Below are positions 7,185-15,612 of a stretch of 43,066 nucleotides of DNA, piece by piece. Source of the DNA: Bacillota bacterium (lineage in GTDB: Bacteria > Bacillota > Limnochordia > DTU080 > JAAYLA01); assembly GCA_012522135.1 (NCBI GenBank), contig JAAYLA010000376.1, positions 1-43,066 on the forward strand. Reading direction: 5' to 3'. Made by a program: the position numbers and the translations under genes. The stretch's first letter is position 1. Each line of letters opens with the position of its first letter. The notes beneath the pieces were generated by a model. It searched no databases and was not told the DNA's origin. It saw only the letters and a program-made list of their open reading frames with translations.

Positions 7185-9695
7185 TCACGGCCTGTTCGCA
7201 CCCACTGCGCCGCTGGCGACGTACTCGGCGCTGCGCTGGGCAATCGGTCCAGCCCCGTACGCACCCGACCCACCGTTCTCTACCAAGACCGCAAACGCCA
7301 CGGCGGGCTGCCTGGCAGGTGCGAAACCGATAAACCATGCGTGAGGCTCTCCATGTGGATTCTCAGCCGTACCGGTCTTTCCTGCCAGAAGCGACGGGTC
7401 GATCCTTCCCGCGAAGGTGCCTTCGGCGACGGCCTTGCGCAAGCCCTCCTGTAGAATCTCCGCCGTTTCGGGACTGACCGCCCGGATCGGGGCCGTCCGC
7501 ACGCCTGCAGCAAGCCGGCCCGCCGCCTCAAAATGCGTTACAAGGTGAGGATAAACCCGGTAACCCCCGTTGGCAATGACAGACGTCACAAGAGCCATCT
7601 CGAGGGGCGTTACCAGAACATCCCCCTGCCCGATGCCCGCGGCTGCCAACTGCACCGAGGACTGCAGACTGCCGAGCCGCCCTGCCCGGTAGGGAATCTC
7701 AAACCCAGGCTGATCACCGATACCCAACGCATGGCTCTGCAGGCGGAGGGGCTCCGGACCAAGTGCGACGGCCAAGCGGACAAAAACGACGTTCGACGAG
7801 AGAGCCAAAGCCTCAGCGGGTGACAGTCGGCCGAGGGCCCTGCCTCCTGCGTTCTGGACGACATAGCCGTCGATCACGATGCTGCCGCCGTCGTCCCACC
7901 GTGTCTCGGACGTAACGAGTCCACCTTCTAACGCGGCGGCAAGAACAACCGGTTTAAAGGCCGAGCCCGGCGGATAAAGCCCCTGCGTAGCACGGTTGAG
8001 CAAAGGGCTGCGCTCGTCTGCGAGCGCGTCGGACGTCACGAGGCCCGCGGCCGGCCTCGGCGAACTCGCCATCGCGAGCACGGCACCGCTCCACGGATCG
8101 AGCACTACCACCGCGCCCGTAAGATCGCCGAGGGCCTGTTCCACCACTTCCTGCAGAGCCAGGTCAATCGAAGTATGCACGCGCGTCGCGCCCGCGGCAA
8201 CGCCCCCTCCGGTGATCCCGCGACTCAGTGCGCCGTCGAAGGTGCGTTCGAGACCTGCAGTACCGTACCGGGGGTGAACGTAACCTACCGTGTGAATCAA
8301 CGACGGCAGAACGGGCAGACGCATCCCCGGTTCGACCGCCGTGGTGAGATTTTCTCCGCTCCGTGAGACGATTCCTCCCCTAAGCTCGGCGGATACGGCC
8401 ATACGCAGGGCCACGGCGCGAGGGTGCGCGAGCAACCTGGGCCCCGCTACTAGCGTCCAATAGACTAGGGGAAGACCGACCAGGAGCCCGAAGGGCAGTG
8501 CCCATGCAAGAGCGCGAACGGGACGCGGCGCGCCCTTACACCTGCTTTGGGGGCCGGTCGAAGGTGTGTGACCTAGCGCGAGCAACAGAAAGGTCGCCAG
8601 AAGGGAACTTCCGCCATAGCTGACCAGGGGTAGGGTGATGCCCACTACCGGCGTGATGCCCACGGCTCCCGTACAGGCGAGGAGAGCCTGCACGCCCAAG
8701 AGAAGCCCGCACCCGACGCCGAGTTGACGCTCGAAGCCTTCCGTCTGGCCCCACGCCCTTTGGAGTAAAGATGCGACCAGTCCCGCCAGCAAGCCGATCA
8801 CAAGGAGCCCGCCGGCCAGGCCGATCCGCTCGACAAGACCAACTAAGGGCAGATCGGTGGCAGACGCCGGCACGTCGATCACGCTTCCGTACCAACCGTT
8901 GCCGCTCCAGCGTCCGTGAGCCAGAGCGAAACGAGCCTGCACCGACTGGAAGCCCGCGTCGAAGGGATCGTCCCACGGCGCGAGCCAAGCAGCAAAACGT
9001 CTCGTCAGGTGAGGATAGCGGTGTACGAGCAAGAAACCGCCCGCGGCAACGGGCAAGGCTGCCCCGGTCACATACGGCAGCGGCGTCCCGGCGGCGAGGG
9101 CCCACGCCATTCCTGTCAGGACGATTACCAGCACCGGTCCGAAGTCCCTTTGGATAGCCGCGGTGACCAAAGCCGCAAAGGTCGTCAGCAGGGGCAGCAC
9201 ATACGCACGCAGGGGAACCCGGTCGCGGGCAGACAGAAGCGGAGCCCAGCATGGGATGAGAAGCACTTGAACGAACTGGATCGGCTGCACGGCGTAGGCG
9301 CCCAATGGTAGCCAGCTGCGGGAGCCGCCAACGGATCTTCCGACGAACGCCGTCAGGGCCAGCACCAACGTCGCGAGCGCGGCGATGTACATGCGACGGG
9401 CCAAGAACCACCCGACGAGCGCCGGTCGCATAGAGGCGAAAAGGACTGCGCCACACAGTAACCAGACCATTTGTCTGAAAGCCAGCTGCGGCTCGTCGGT
9501 GCGCAGCAAAGCGAGGGAAAGGGCGGTGAGCGGCGCCGCCCAGATCAAGATCCGCTGATCGGCCCGCGTGCGTGTGCCCGCTACGAGCCACGCGAGGAGG
9601 TACACGGCGGCCGCGCGCCAGCCCTCGGCCTCCGGGAACACGGCTGCGACAATGCCGGCACCGGCGAGGAGAACGGCAGGATACGCGCCAGGCAC
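7185..9695 (-). CDS. Fused FtsW/RodA (SEDS) glycosyltransferase - class B PBP transpeptidase (PbpA-like)
   Basis: N-half is multi-TM with GGSRSW, QRDFG, WDDPFDAGFQ, PASATD and LPLVSYGGSS. C-half has SAFK, SSN and KTG. Single uninterrupted frame. Start uncertain (GTG at 9695 chosen; frame open to 9779). Confidence 0.85.
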   Translation of the reverse strand: MPGAYPAVLLAGAGIVAAVFPEAEGWRAAAVYLLAWLVAGTRTRADQRILIWAAPLTALSLALLRTDEPQLAFRQMVWLLCGAVLFASMRPALVGWFLARRMYIAALATLVLALTAFVGRSVGGSRSWLPLGAYAVQPIQFVQVLLIPCWAPLLSARDRVPLRAYVLPLLTTFAALVTAAIQRDFGPVLVIVLTGMAWALAAGTPLPYVTGAALPVAAGGFLLVHRYPHLTRRFAAWLAPWDDPFDAGFQSVQARFALAHGRWSGNGWYGSVIDVPASATDLPLVGLVERIGLAGGLLVIGLLAGLVASLLQRAWGQTEGFERQLGVGCGLLLGVQALLACTGAVGITPVVGITLPLVSYGGSSLLATFLLLALGHTPSTGPQSRCKGAPRPVRALAWALPFGLLVGLPLVYWTLVAGPRLLAHPRAVALRMAVSAELRGGIVSRSGENLTTAVEPGMRLPVLPSLIHTVGYVHPRYGTAGLERTFDGALSRGITGGGVAAGATRVHTSIDLALQEVVEQALGDLTGAVVVLDPWSGAVLAMASSPRPAAGLVTSDALADERSPLLNRATQGLYPPGSAFKPVVLAAALEGGLVTSETRWDDGGSIVIDGYVVQNAGGRALGRLSPAEALALSSNVVFVRLAVALGPEPLRLQSHALGIGDQPGFEIPYRAGRLGSLQSSVQLAAAGIGQGDVLVTPLEMALVTSVIANGGYRVYPHLVTHFEAAGRLAAGVRTAPIRAVSPETAEILQEGLRKAVAEGTFAGRIDPSLLAGKTGTAENPHGEPHAWFIGFAPARQPAVAFAVLVENGGSGAYGAGPIAQRSAEYVASGAVGANRP

Positions 9696-9714
9696 AAGGG
9701 CGCGTAAGCGGCAG

Positions 9715-10422
9715 TCACGGCTGAGGCAGTTCGAGTACGACCACAGTGATATTATCGGGCCCTCCCCTGGCGTTCGCAATCTGTACGAGACGGGCAGCGG
9801 CCTTTTCAGGTTCTGCCTCTTCCGTTAGTATTTCACCAAGCTCGTGATCTAGGACCACGGCCGTAAGTCCGTCCGTACAGAGCAGCAGGCGATCTCCGGC
9901 CATCAGCGGTTCGGTGACCAGATCGACCTGCACGTCAGGGTTGGCACCCAGCGCCCTGGTCAACAAGTTGCGCTGGGGATGTTCAAGCGCCTCGCGTTCG
10001 CTCAGTGTTCCGGTGCGTACAAGCTCTTCCACGACGGAGTGATCGGTCGTCAGCCGGCGGACTGCTCCATCGCGGACAAGGTAACCCCTCGAGTCTCCGA
10101 CGTGACCGATGACGCAGCGGCCGCTTTCGACTTTCATCAGGGTGAGTGTCGTCCCCATCCCGTCCAGCCAACGGTTTTCTTGGCTGCGGCGCCAAATCAT
10201 GCCGTTCGCCTTGCGGATCGCTTCGACGATCACGGTTTCCGCCGGATCTTCGCGCCCTGCAACGAAGGAGCGGACCGCCTCAATAGCCAGTCGGCTCGCC
10301 ACATCGCCCGCCGCGTGCCCGCCCATGCCATCAGCGACGGCGAACCACGGCGGTTCGGCCAGGAAAGCATCTTCGTTCGTCCGACGGGCCTTGCCGATGT
10401 CGGTCATTACCCCGATCCGCAT
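9715..10422 (-). CDS. stp: PP2C-family Ser/Thr phosphatase (Stp1/PrpC)
   Basis: RRTNED, VADGMGGH, GMGTT, HVGDSR, CTDGL, GGPDNIT. Confidence 0.95.
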   Translation of the reverse strand: MRIGVMTDIGKARRTNEDAFLAEPPWFAVADGMGGHAAGDVASRLAIEAVRSFVAGREDPAETVIVEAIRKANGMIWRRSQENRWLDGMGTTLTLMKVESGRCVIGHVGDSRGYLVRDGAVRRLTTDHSVVEELVRTGTLSEREALEHPQRNLLTRALGANPDVQVDLVTEPLMAGDRLLLCTDGLTAVVLDHELGEILTEEAEPEKAAARLVQIANARGGPDNITVVVLELPQP

Positions 10423-10546
10423 AACCGATCCGTCACACTCCTCAGCACGTTGCACGCGCGCTCCGCAGCGGGGCAAGGATTCGTATCCTAACTTCCAACC
10501 TTCGACATCAGGTCCGCCACTACCTGCGTCACGCTGCCGGCTCCCG

Positions 10547-11596
10547 CTACGAAACGCCCTGCAGGCGCCGGACCCGGCGCAACTGGCCGCAGGCCGCGTC
10601 GATATCGGTCCCCATCTCTCGCCTCAACGTGACCCGGACACCACGGGCGCGCACGATGGCGGCGAAGTCGGCGATGCGCTCCGGTTCCGGCCGGCGGAAG
10701 CCCGTTCCCGGCACCGGGTTGAGGGGGAGGAGATTGACGAGGCAATTCATGTCCCGGAGCAAGACGCCAAGCTCTTCGGCGAGTTCGGGCGTATCGTTCA
10801 GCCCGTCAATCAGGACATACTCCAGCGTCACGCGGCGTCCCGTGGCCGCAAAATACTCGCGGCACGCAGCAAGGAGCGGAGCGATGGGATACCTCCGGTT
10901 TAGCGGCACGAGCTGATTGCGCAGCGCGTCGTTCGGGGCGTGAAGACTCACCGCCAGCCCGATTTGCAATCCTTCCATAGCTAAACGACGAATACCGGGG
11001 ACTACTCCCGACGTCGACACCGTGATGTGCCGTTGCCCGATTCCGCATGCCTTGGGATGATTCAGAAGCCGTATGGCGCCGAGGACCGAACGATAGTTGG
11101 CGAGGGGCTCTCCCATTCCCATCATGACGACGTTCGTGACGCGCTCGCCCGTCAGACGCTGCATGGCCACCAGTTGTCCGACGATTTCCTCCGTCCGCAA
11201 GTTCCGTTCGAGGCCGCCGAGGGCGGTCGCGCAAAAGGGGCAGCCGATACCGCATCCCGCCTGTGACGACAGGCAGGCCGTAAGGCGGCTGCCGTCTCGA
11301 ATCAGAACCGATTCGATCGTGACGCCGTCCGTGAGCCGAAACAAAAACTTTCGGGTGCCGTCGGCCGACTGCCGTAACTCGACCGCCTCAGGTAGCGCGA
11401 CGACACAGTTTTCCGCCAGGCGACTGCGAAACGCCCGCGGCAAGTCGGTCATGACGTCAATCGTCTCGGCTCCCTTGCGGTACAGCCAATGCATTATCTG
11501 TCGGGCTCTGTAAGCTGGAGCGCCGAGGGATTGCACAAACGCAATCATCGCCTCTTCCGTCAAACGGAAGAGGTTCACCTTTTCGTGCGTGAGCAT
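10547..11596 (-). CDS. rlmN: 23S rRNA (adenine(2503)-C2)-methyltransferase RlmN
   Basis: Radical SAM CGIGCPFC, MGMGEP, SLHA, IDAACGQL; AAGGAG RBS before ATG at 11596. Confidence 0.96.
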   Translation of the reverse strand: MLTHEKVNLFRLTEEAMIAFVQSLGAPAYRARQIMHWLYRKGAETIDVMTDLPRAFRSRLAENCVVALPEAVELRQSADGTRKFLFRLTDGVTIESVLIRDGSRLTACLSSQAGCGIGCPFCATALGGLERNLRTEEIVGQLVAMQRLTGERVTNVVMMGMGEPLANYRSVLGAIRLLNHPKACGIGQRHITVSTSGVVPGIRRLAMEGLQIGLAVSLHAPNDALRNQLVPLNRRYPIAPLLAACREYFAATGRRVTLEYVLIDGLNDTPELAEELGVLLRDMNCLVNLLPLNPVPGTGFRRPEPERIADFAAIVRARGVRVTLRREMGTDIDAACGQLRRVRRLQGVS

Positions 11597-11640
11597 AGGA
11601 CGGCTCCTTCGCCTCAGAAAATCGTGGCAGGACACCCCTT

Positions 11641-11668
11641 AGCATACCGCACCATCATGAGATTTCAA
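11641..11668 (-). promoter_or_regulatory. Possible sigma-A promoter of the rlmN-stp-...-rpe operon
   Basis: TTGAAA-N16-TATGCT. Confidence 0.4.
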
Positions 11669-11733
11669 CCCGAACGGGGCAGACTGTCACAAGGAGTATC
11701 CCACGGTACGGTCGTAGCGAGGAGGACAACGGA

Positions 11734-12006
11734 TTGCGACGGTTGAGCCGCGTGCACTTTATGACCTCGTACGTCGAATACTTGCTGCGCTTGGGAATAA
11801 GAAACGAAGACGACTACATCGGTGACGTATCGCGCTTCCTCCGGTATCTATTGACGCAAGTCGACAACGGCGACATCGAAGCATTCTTTGCTGCCTGTAA
11901 CGCGTCGCCAGGTTACCGGCGGAGGCTGCGCCGCACGTTGCGCAGGTTTTTCGACTACAGCCGAGAACATTTGGACATCGACGTGCGCGCAGCTACGGGA
12001 CTTTGA
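11734..12006 (+). CDS. Small helical protein resembling the N-terminal SAM-like (core-binding) domain of tyrosine recombinases
   Basis: Strong AGGAGG RBS 8 nt before TTG. Pattern YVEYL...YIGDVSRFLRYL...DIEAF...SPGYRRRLRRTLRRFFDY resembles Xer/integrase N-terminal domains. No catalytic domain. Confidence 0.6.
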   Translation: MRRLSRVHFMTSYVEYLLRLGIRNEDDYIGDVSRFLRYLLTQVDNGDIEAFFAACNASPGYRRRLRRTLRRFFDYSREHLDIDVRAATGL

Positions 12007-12045
12007 ACCACAAGTTTGACATCGGCTCGCTCTGCCGATTACGCA

Positions 12046-12075
12046 TTGACACAGGGCGATCAGCTCGTATATACT
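12046..12075 (+). promoter_or_regulatory. Sigma-A promoter of tRNA-Pro
   Basis: TTGACA(12046-12051)-N18-TATACT(12070-12075). Confidence 0.7.
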
Positions 12076-12118
12076 GGGGTAGGCACGTCGCCGAAGATGC
12101 CACACAATCAGGCGTTTT

Positions 12119-12195
12119 CGGAGTGTAGCGCAGCTTGGTAGCGCGCCACGTTCGGGACGTGGAGGTCCGGGGTTCAAATCCCCGCACTCCGACCA
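12119..12195 (+). tRNA. tRNA-Pro (anticodon CGG)
   Basis: CGGAGTG acceptor stem, anticodon arm CCACG-TTCGGGA-CGTGG, T-loop GGTTCAAATCC, encoded CCA; 77 nt. Confidence 0.98.
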
Positions 12196-12222
12196 AAGCT
12201 CCCCACCGTGTGGGGAGCTTTG
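12194..12222 (+). terminator. Hairpin after tRNA-Pro, probable intrinsic terminator
   Basis: Perfect 12-bp inverted repeat CAAAGCTCCCCA-ccgtg-TGGGGAGCTTTG; short U tract. Confidence 0.6.
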
Positions 12223-12304
12223 CCATCTCGGCGCATTTTGCATGCACGGCCGCTTGCCGCTTCGCATAGGCTGAACCGCCAGTCTCATGCGAGGAGGCAG
12301 TCCG

Positions 12305-12526
12305 ATGCACGACATGTTGGCCGAAAAACTCCTCATGCTCGAGAGGCTCCTGCTCAAACACGACTACCATGAGCTGCTCCTGCGTACCCGCTCACGGCAT
12401 CTGCACGAGAAAGCGCTGCGCATGATACGCCTGAAAGAGGAGCTGATCCGCCTGCTCGACGATCTGTTGCGGGAGGATGCCCTCCCACACGCTTCATCCT
12501 ACTTTTCCGGCGACACGACCCCGTGA
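12305..12526 (+). CDS. Small hypothetical helical protein (73 aa)
   Basis: GAGGAGG RBS before ATG at 12305; Leu-rich amphipathic sequence; fills the gap between the tRNA and spo0A. Confidence 0.6.
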   Translation: MHDMLAEKLLMLERLLLKHDYHELLLRTRSRHLHEKALRMIRLKEELIRLLDDLLREDALPHASSYFSGDTTP

Positions 12527-12527
12527 A

Positions 12528-13304
12528 CTAACCCACACGTCCTTGCAGCCGCAGCTCGTCGGCCAACTTCGCGATCACCATAGAATTCGTGGGGAAGCGC
12601 CCTTTCCGCGAGTTCCCTCCGCTGAGCTTGTCCAGGAACGCCCGGTTGCCGCTCTCCCACGCGGCCAAAACGGCATTGCGTATCGCCGCCTCGACGCCGC
12701 CGGGCGTCGAACCGTATTTTTCCGCCAACTGAGGATACAGCTTTTTCGTCAGTGAGCCGCCGAGCATCTGCTCGTCGCGCAGCACGATCCGGACGGCATC
12801 ACGCAGGTAGTTGTACCCCTTGAAATGTGCAGGAACGCCCATCTCCTGGAGCAGCCTCGTGATGCTCACCTCGTCGTCGATCACTTGCGGCCGGTACTTG
12901 CCCGTCGAAACGCTTGCGGACGCATTGCTCCCTTGGCTGTGGGCGAACTGGCGAATGCGCTCGGCCAGAAGGTTCAGGTCGAAGGGCTTCACCATGAAGT
13001 AGTCGGCGCCAAGATCGGTGAACCGCTGGATTAAATCGTCACGGCTCAAGGCAGTCAGAACGATCACCCGCGGCCGTTTCTTCAGCCCCAGACTCTCCAT
13101 ACGCTCCAGAACAGCCATTCCGTCGAGGCGCGGCATGGTGATGTCGAGGATGAGCACGTCGACCTCCAGACTGCCCAGAAGGTCCAAGGCCTCCTCTCCG
13201 TCGTAGGCAATACCGCAAACCTCTATGTCCTCCTCCGCTTCCAGAAACTCCTGCAAGGTCACACAAAGGTCCACATTATTGTCCGCGATCAGTACCCGAA
13301 TCAC
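12528..13304 (-). CDS. spo0A: Spo0A-family response regulator (variant recognition helix)
   Basis: Receiver domain (ILDITMP, VKPF) plus Spo0A C-terminal domain GVPAHFKGYNYLRDAV...TKKLYP...PTNS; GAGGAGG RBS and GTG start. Confidence 0.88.
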   Translation of the reverse strand: MIRVLIADNNVDLCVTLQEFLEAEEDIEVCGIAYDGEEALDLLGSLEVDVLILDITMPRLDGMAVLERMESLGLKKRPRVIVLTALSRDDLIQRFTDLGADYFMVKPFDLNLLAERIRQFAHSQGSNASASVSTGKYRPQVIDDEVSITRLLQEMGVPAHFKGYNYLRDAVRIVLRDEQMLGGSLTKKLYPQLAEKYGSTPGGVEAAIRNAVLAAWESGNRAFLDKLSGGNSRKGRFPTNSMVIAKLADELRLQGRVG

Positions 13305-13351
13305 GCCGTACCCTCCTCAGGTTGAAACAGGCTGTACATTCACACATTTTC

Positions 13352-13378
13352 TTCCGACAGAGGGTACGAAGTTCCTGC
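13352..13378 (-). promoter_or_regulatory. Sigma-H-like promoter upstream of spo0A
   Basis: GCAGGAACT-N11-GTCGGAA versus consensus RNAGGAWWW-N11/12-RNNGAAT. Confidence 0.4.
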
Positions 13379-13413
13379 CTAAAAAAGTGAAACTTATCCC
13401 TACACGGCCTGCT

Positions 13414-14799
13414 TTACCGTCGGATAAGGCGAGCGATGAAAAAGCCGTCGGTTCCGTCCAGATGGGGCCACAGCTGCACATAGCCTGCGCGCACCGTCTC
13501 CATCCGTTCGGGCGTGAATGTGGCAAGCAGAGAGGCGGGCAGAACCGATTCCAACGAGTCAAGGCGAAAGTCAGGGCATTCCCGCAAGAACCACCGCACG
13601 TTGCCCAGATTTTCCTCCATGTCGACGGAACATGTACTGTACACCAGGACGCCCCCGGAAGATTTCACCAGCGCGCTCGAGCCGAGGAGGATACTGCGCT
13701 GCAGTTGGATTAGTTCGTCGAAGTCGGACTCCCTCCGGTGCCACCGGAGATCCGGCCGGCGGCGCAGCACTCCCGTTCCCGAGCAAGGTGCGTCGACCAG
13801 CACTTTATCGGCAGAACCCGGCGGACCGACCGGCTCCCGCGCGTCGCCCTGAACGGTGCGGACCGAGCCCAGTCCGAGCCGTTTGCACCCCTCATCCACA
13901 AGGCGCAGCCGCTCCGCGTGAATATCGACCGCAACGATACGGCCTTCATCGCCCATAAGTTCCGCCATATGGGTCGTCTTCGTGCCGGGCGCGCTGCACA
14001 TGTCCCATACCGTCTCTCCCGGCCGTGGATCGACGGCGTACGCCACGACCTGCGAACCCTCATCCTGCGCGGTGAACCACCCGTCACGGAAGGAAGCAAT
14101 GCTCGCCAGGCCGGGCGCGCCCTCCAACCGCACGCTCCCTGGCAGCACAGGCGACGGCTGAGCCTGGACGCCTTCCCGGTCGAGACGCGCGAGCAAGGTC
14201 TCCACCGAGGCACGCAACGTGTTCACCCGCACGCTCAGAGGGGCCGGTTCGTTGTTCGCCAGCAGCAATGGGCGCACGACATCGGGTCCGTACTGTCCCA
14301 ACCAGCGGCGCACCATCCACTCGGGGTGGGAAGTCTCCACGCTCAGCGCTGCGGCCTCATCGTCAGCAACGGACGGAGGCGCCAGGCCGATCCCCTCCCG
14401 CGCCACCTTGCGCAACACCGCGTTCACGAACGGTGCTGCGTGGCGCGCTGCCTTATGGCCTTTCGCCAGTCGAACCGATTCGTTTACGGCCGCGGCTGCC
14501 GGGACGTTTGGCAAGAAGAGCAGCTGGTATGCGCCGAGGCGCAGGATGTTGCGGACGTACGGGTGCTGGGATGCTAAGGAGCGGCGGACGAAATGCGACA
14601 GCACCCAATCGATCCGCCCGCGCCAGCGCAGCGTGCCGTAAGCCAGCTCGGTCGCAAAGGCCCGGTCACGAGCAGGAAGCTCCGCCTGATCCAGGAGTTC
14701 GCCGAGGACCAAATTGACGTAGGCACCCTCATGGTCCACACGATAAAGCGCCGTCAGAGCGACGGCGCGTGCAGACGTTAGTCTACCTTTTTCCCGCAC
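13414..14799 (-). CDS. rsmB: 16S rRNA (cytosine(967)-C5)-methyltransferase RsmB
   Basis: NusB-like N-terminus; QDEGSQ, DMCSAPGTKT, DAPCSGTG, VYSTCS, DGFFIA. Start re-called to GTG at 14799. Confidence 0.95.
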   Translation of the reverse strand: MREKGRLTSARAVALTALYRVDHEGAYVNLVLGELLDQAELPARDRAFATELAYGTLRWRGRIDWVLSHFVRRSLASQHPYVRNILRLGAYQLLFLPNVPAAAAVNESVRLAKGHKAARHAAPFVNAVLRKVAREGIGLAPPSVADDEAAALSVETSHPEWMVRRWLGQYGPDVVRPLLLANNEPAPLSVRVNTLRASVETLLARLDREGVQAQPSPVLPGSVRLEGAPGLASIASFRDGWFTAQDEGSQVVAYAVDPRPGETVWDMCSAPGTKTTHMAELMGDEGRIVAVDIHAERLRLVDEGCKRLGLGSVRTVQGDAREPVGPPGSADKVLVDAPCSGTGVLRRRPDLRWHRRESDFDELIQLQRSILLGSSALVKSSGGVLVYSTCSVDMEENLGNVRWFLRECPDFRLDSLESVLPASLLATFTPERMETVRAGYVQLWPHLDGTDGFFIARLIRR

Positions 14800-14800
14800 C

Positions 14801-15526
14801 TTAATCCCTCTGGCTAAACATGCCACGCAGGACGAGCAACCGCAAGAGCTGCGCGACGGCCATGGCGGTGGCCGCTACGTAGGTGAGCGCCGCCGCCGTA
14901 AGGACGGCCTTCGTCTTCGGCGCTTCATCGGCCGCCAGATACCCGCCTGTGGTCAAAAGGCGCATCGCCCTGGCGCTGGCGTCAAACTCGACCGGCAAGG
15001 TGATGATTTGAAAGGCCAAGGCAGCGATAAAGAACCAGATGCCGATCGTCATCATCGAGTAGCCGAGGTCCCAAGAGCCCATACTGCCGAACAGCAATCC
15101 GATAAAAAACAGCGGGAACGCAGCGCTCGAGCCGAAGGCCGCGACGGGAAAAAGGCTGTTGCGGATGCTCAGCGGCACATAGGCCCGCGCGTGCTGCAAA
15201 GCGTGCCCGGTCTCGTGAGCCGCAACGCCCACCGACGCAACCGAGCGGCCGTTATATACCTCGGGAGACAAGCGCACAACACGTTGCCTCGGATCGTAGT
15301 GGTCGCCCAAGTGCCGATGGGTCATCTCGACGCGCACATCGTGCAGGTTCGCCCGATCCAGTATTTGCCGAGCCACCTGGGCGCCCGTGTATCCCGCGCG
15401 GGCGGGCACCCGCAAATACCTGGCAAAGGTCGACTGGACCTTGGCCTGAGCATACATCGCGAAGATCAAAGCTGGTAAGAGCAGGATCCACGTTGGGTCG
15501 AAAAACAGCGGAAACATCTCTAGCAT
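14801..15526 (-). CDS. Membrane zinc metallopeptidase (YugP / Zn_peptidase_2 family)
   Basis: DHYDP, AAHETGHALQ, LPVEFDAS, AALTYVA; several TM segments. Confidence 0.9.
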   Translation of the reverse strand: MLEMFPLFFDPTWILLLPALIFAMYAQAKVQSTFARYLRVPARAGYTGAQVARQILDRANLHDVRVEMTHRHLGDHYDPRQRVVRLSPEVYNGRSVASVGVAAHETGHALQHARAYVPLSIRNSLFPVAAFGSSAAFPLFFIGLLFGSMGSWDLGYSMMTIGIWFFIAALAFQIITLPVEFDASARAMRLLTTGGYLAADEAPKTKAVLTAAALTYVAATAMAVAQLLRLLVLRGMFSQRD

Positions 15527-15612
15527 TCCCCCCTATGAGCGCCTTCGGGCCATGGGTGACCTGGCTGTAGTGGTACCCAAATAAGTCCAACCGCTGGAGC
15601 CGGGGCACGCAC

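Noticed and set aside
8536-9591. 351-aa alternative-frame ORF ending near the SEDS-PBP junction (possible frameshift)
   Set aside because: All SEDS and PBP motifs are in the main frame. This ORF is Arg/Gly/Pro-rich shadow sequence.
11734-12222. Prophage or genomic island at tRNA-Pro
   Set aside because: No catalytic integrase, no att duplication seen, and no cargo genes.
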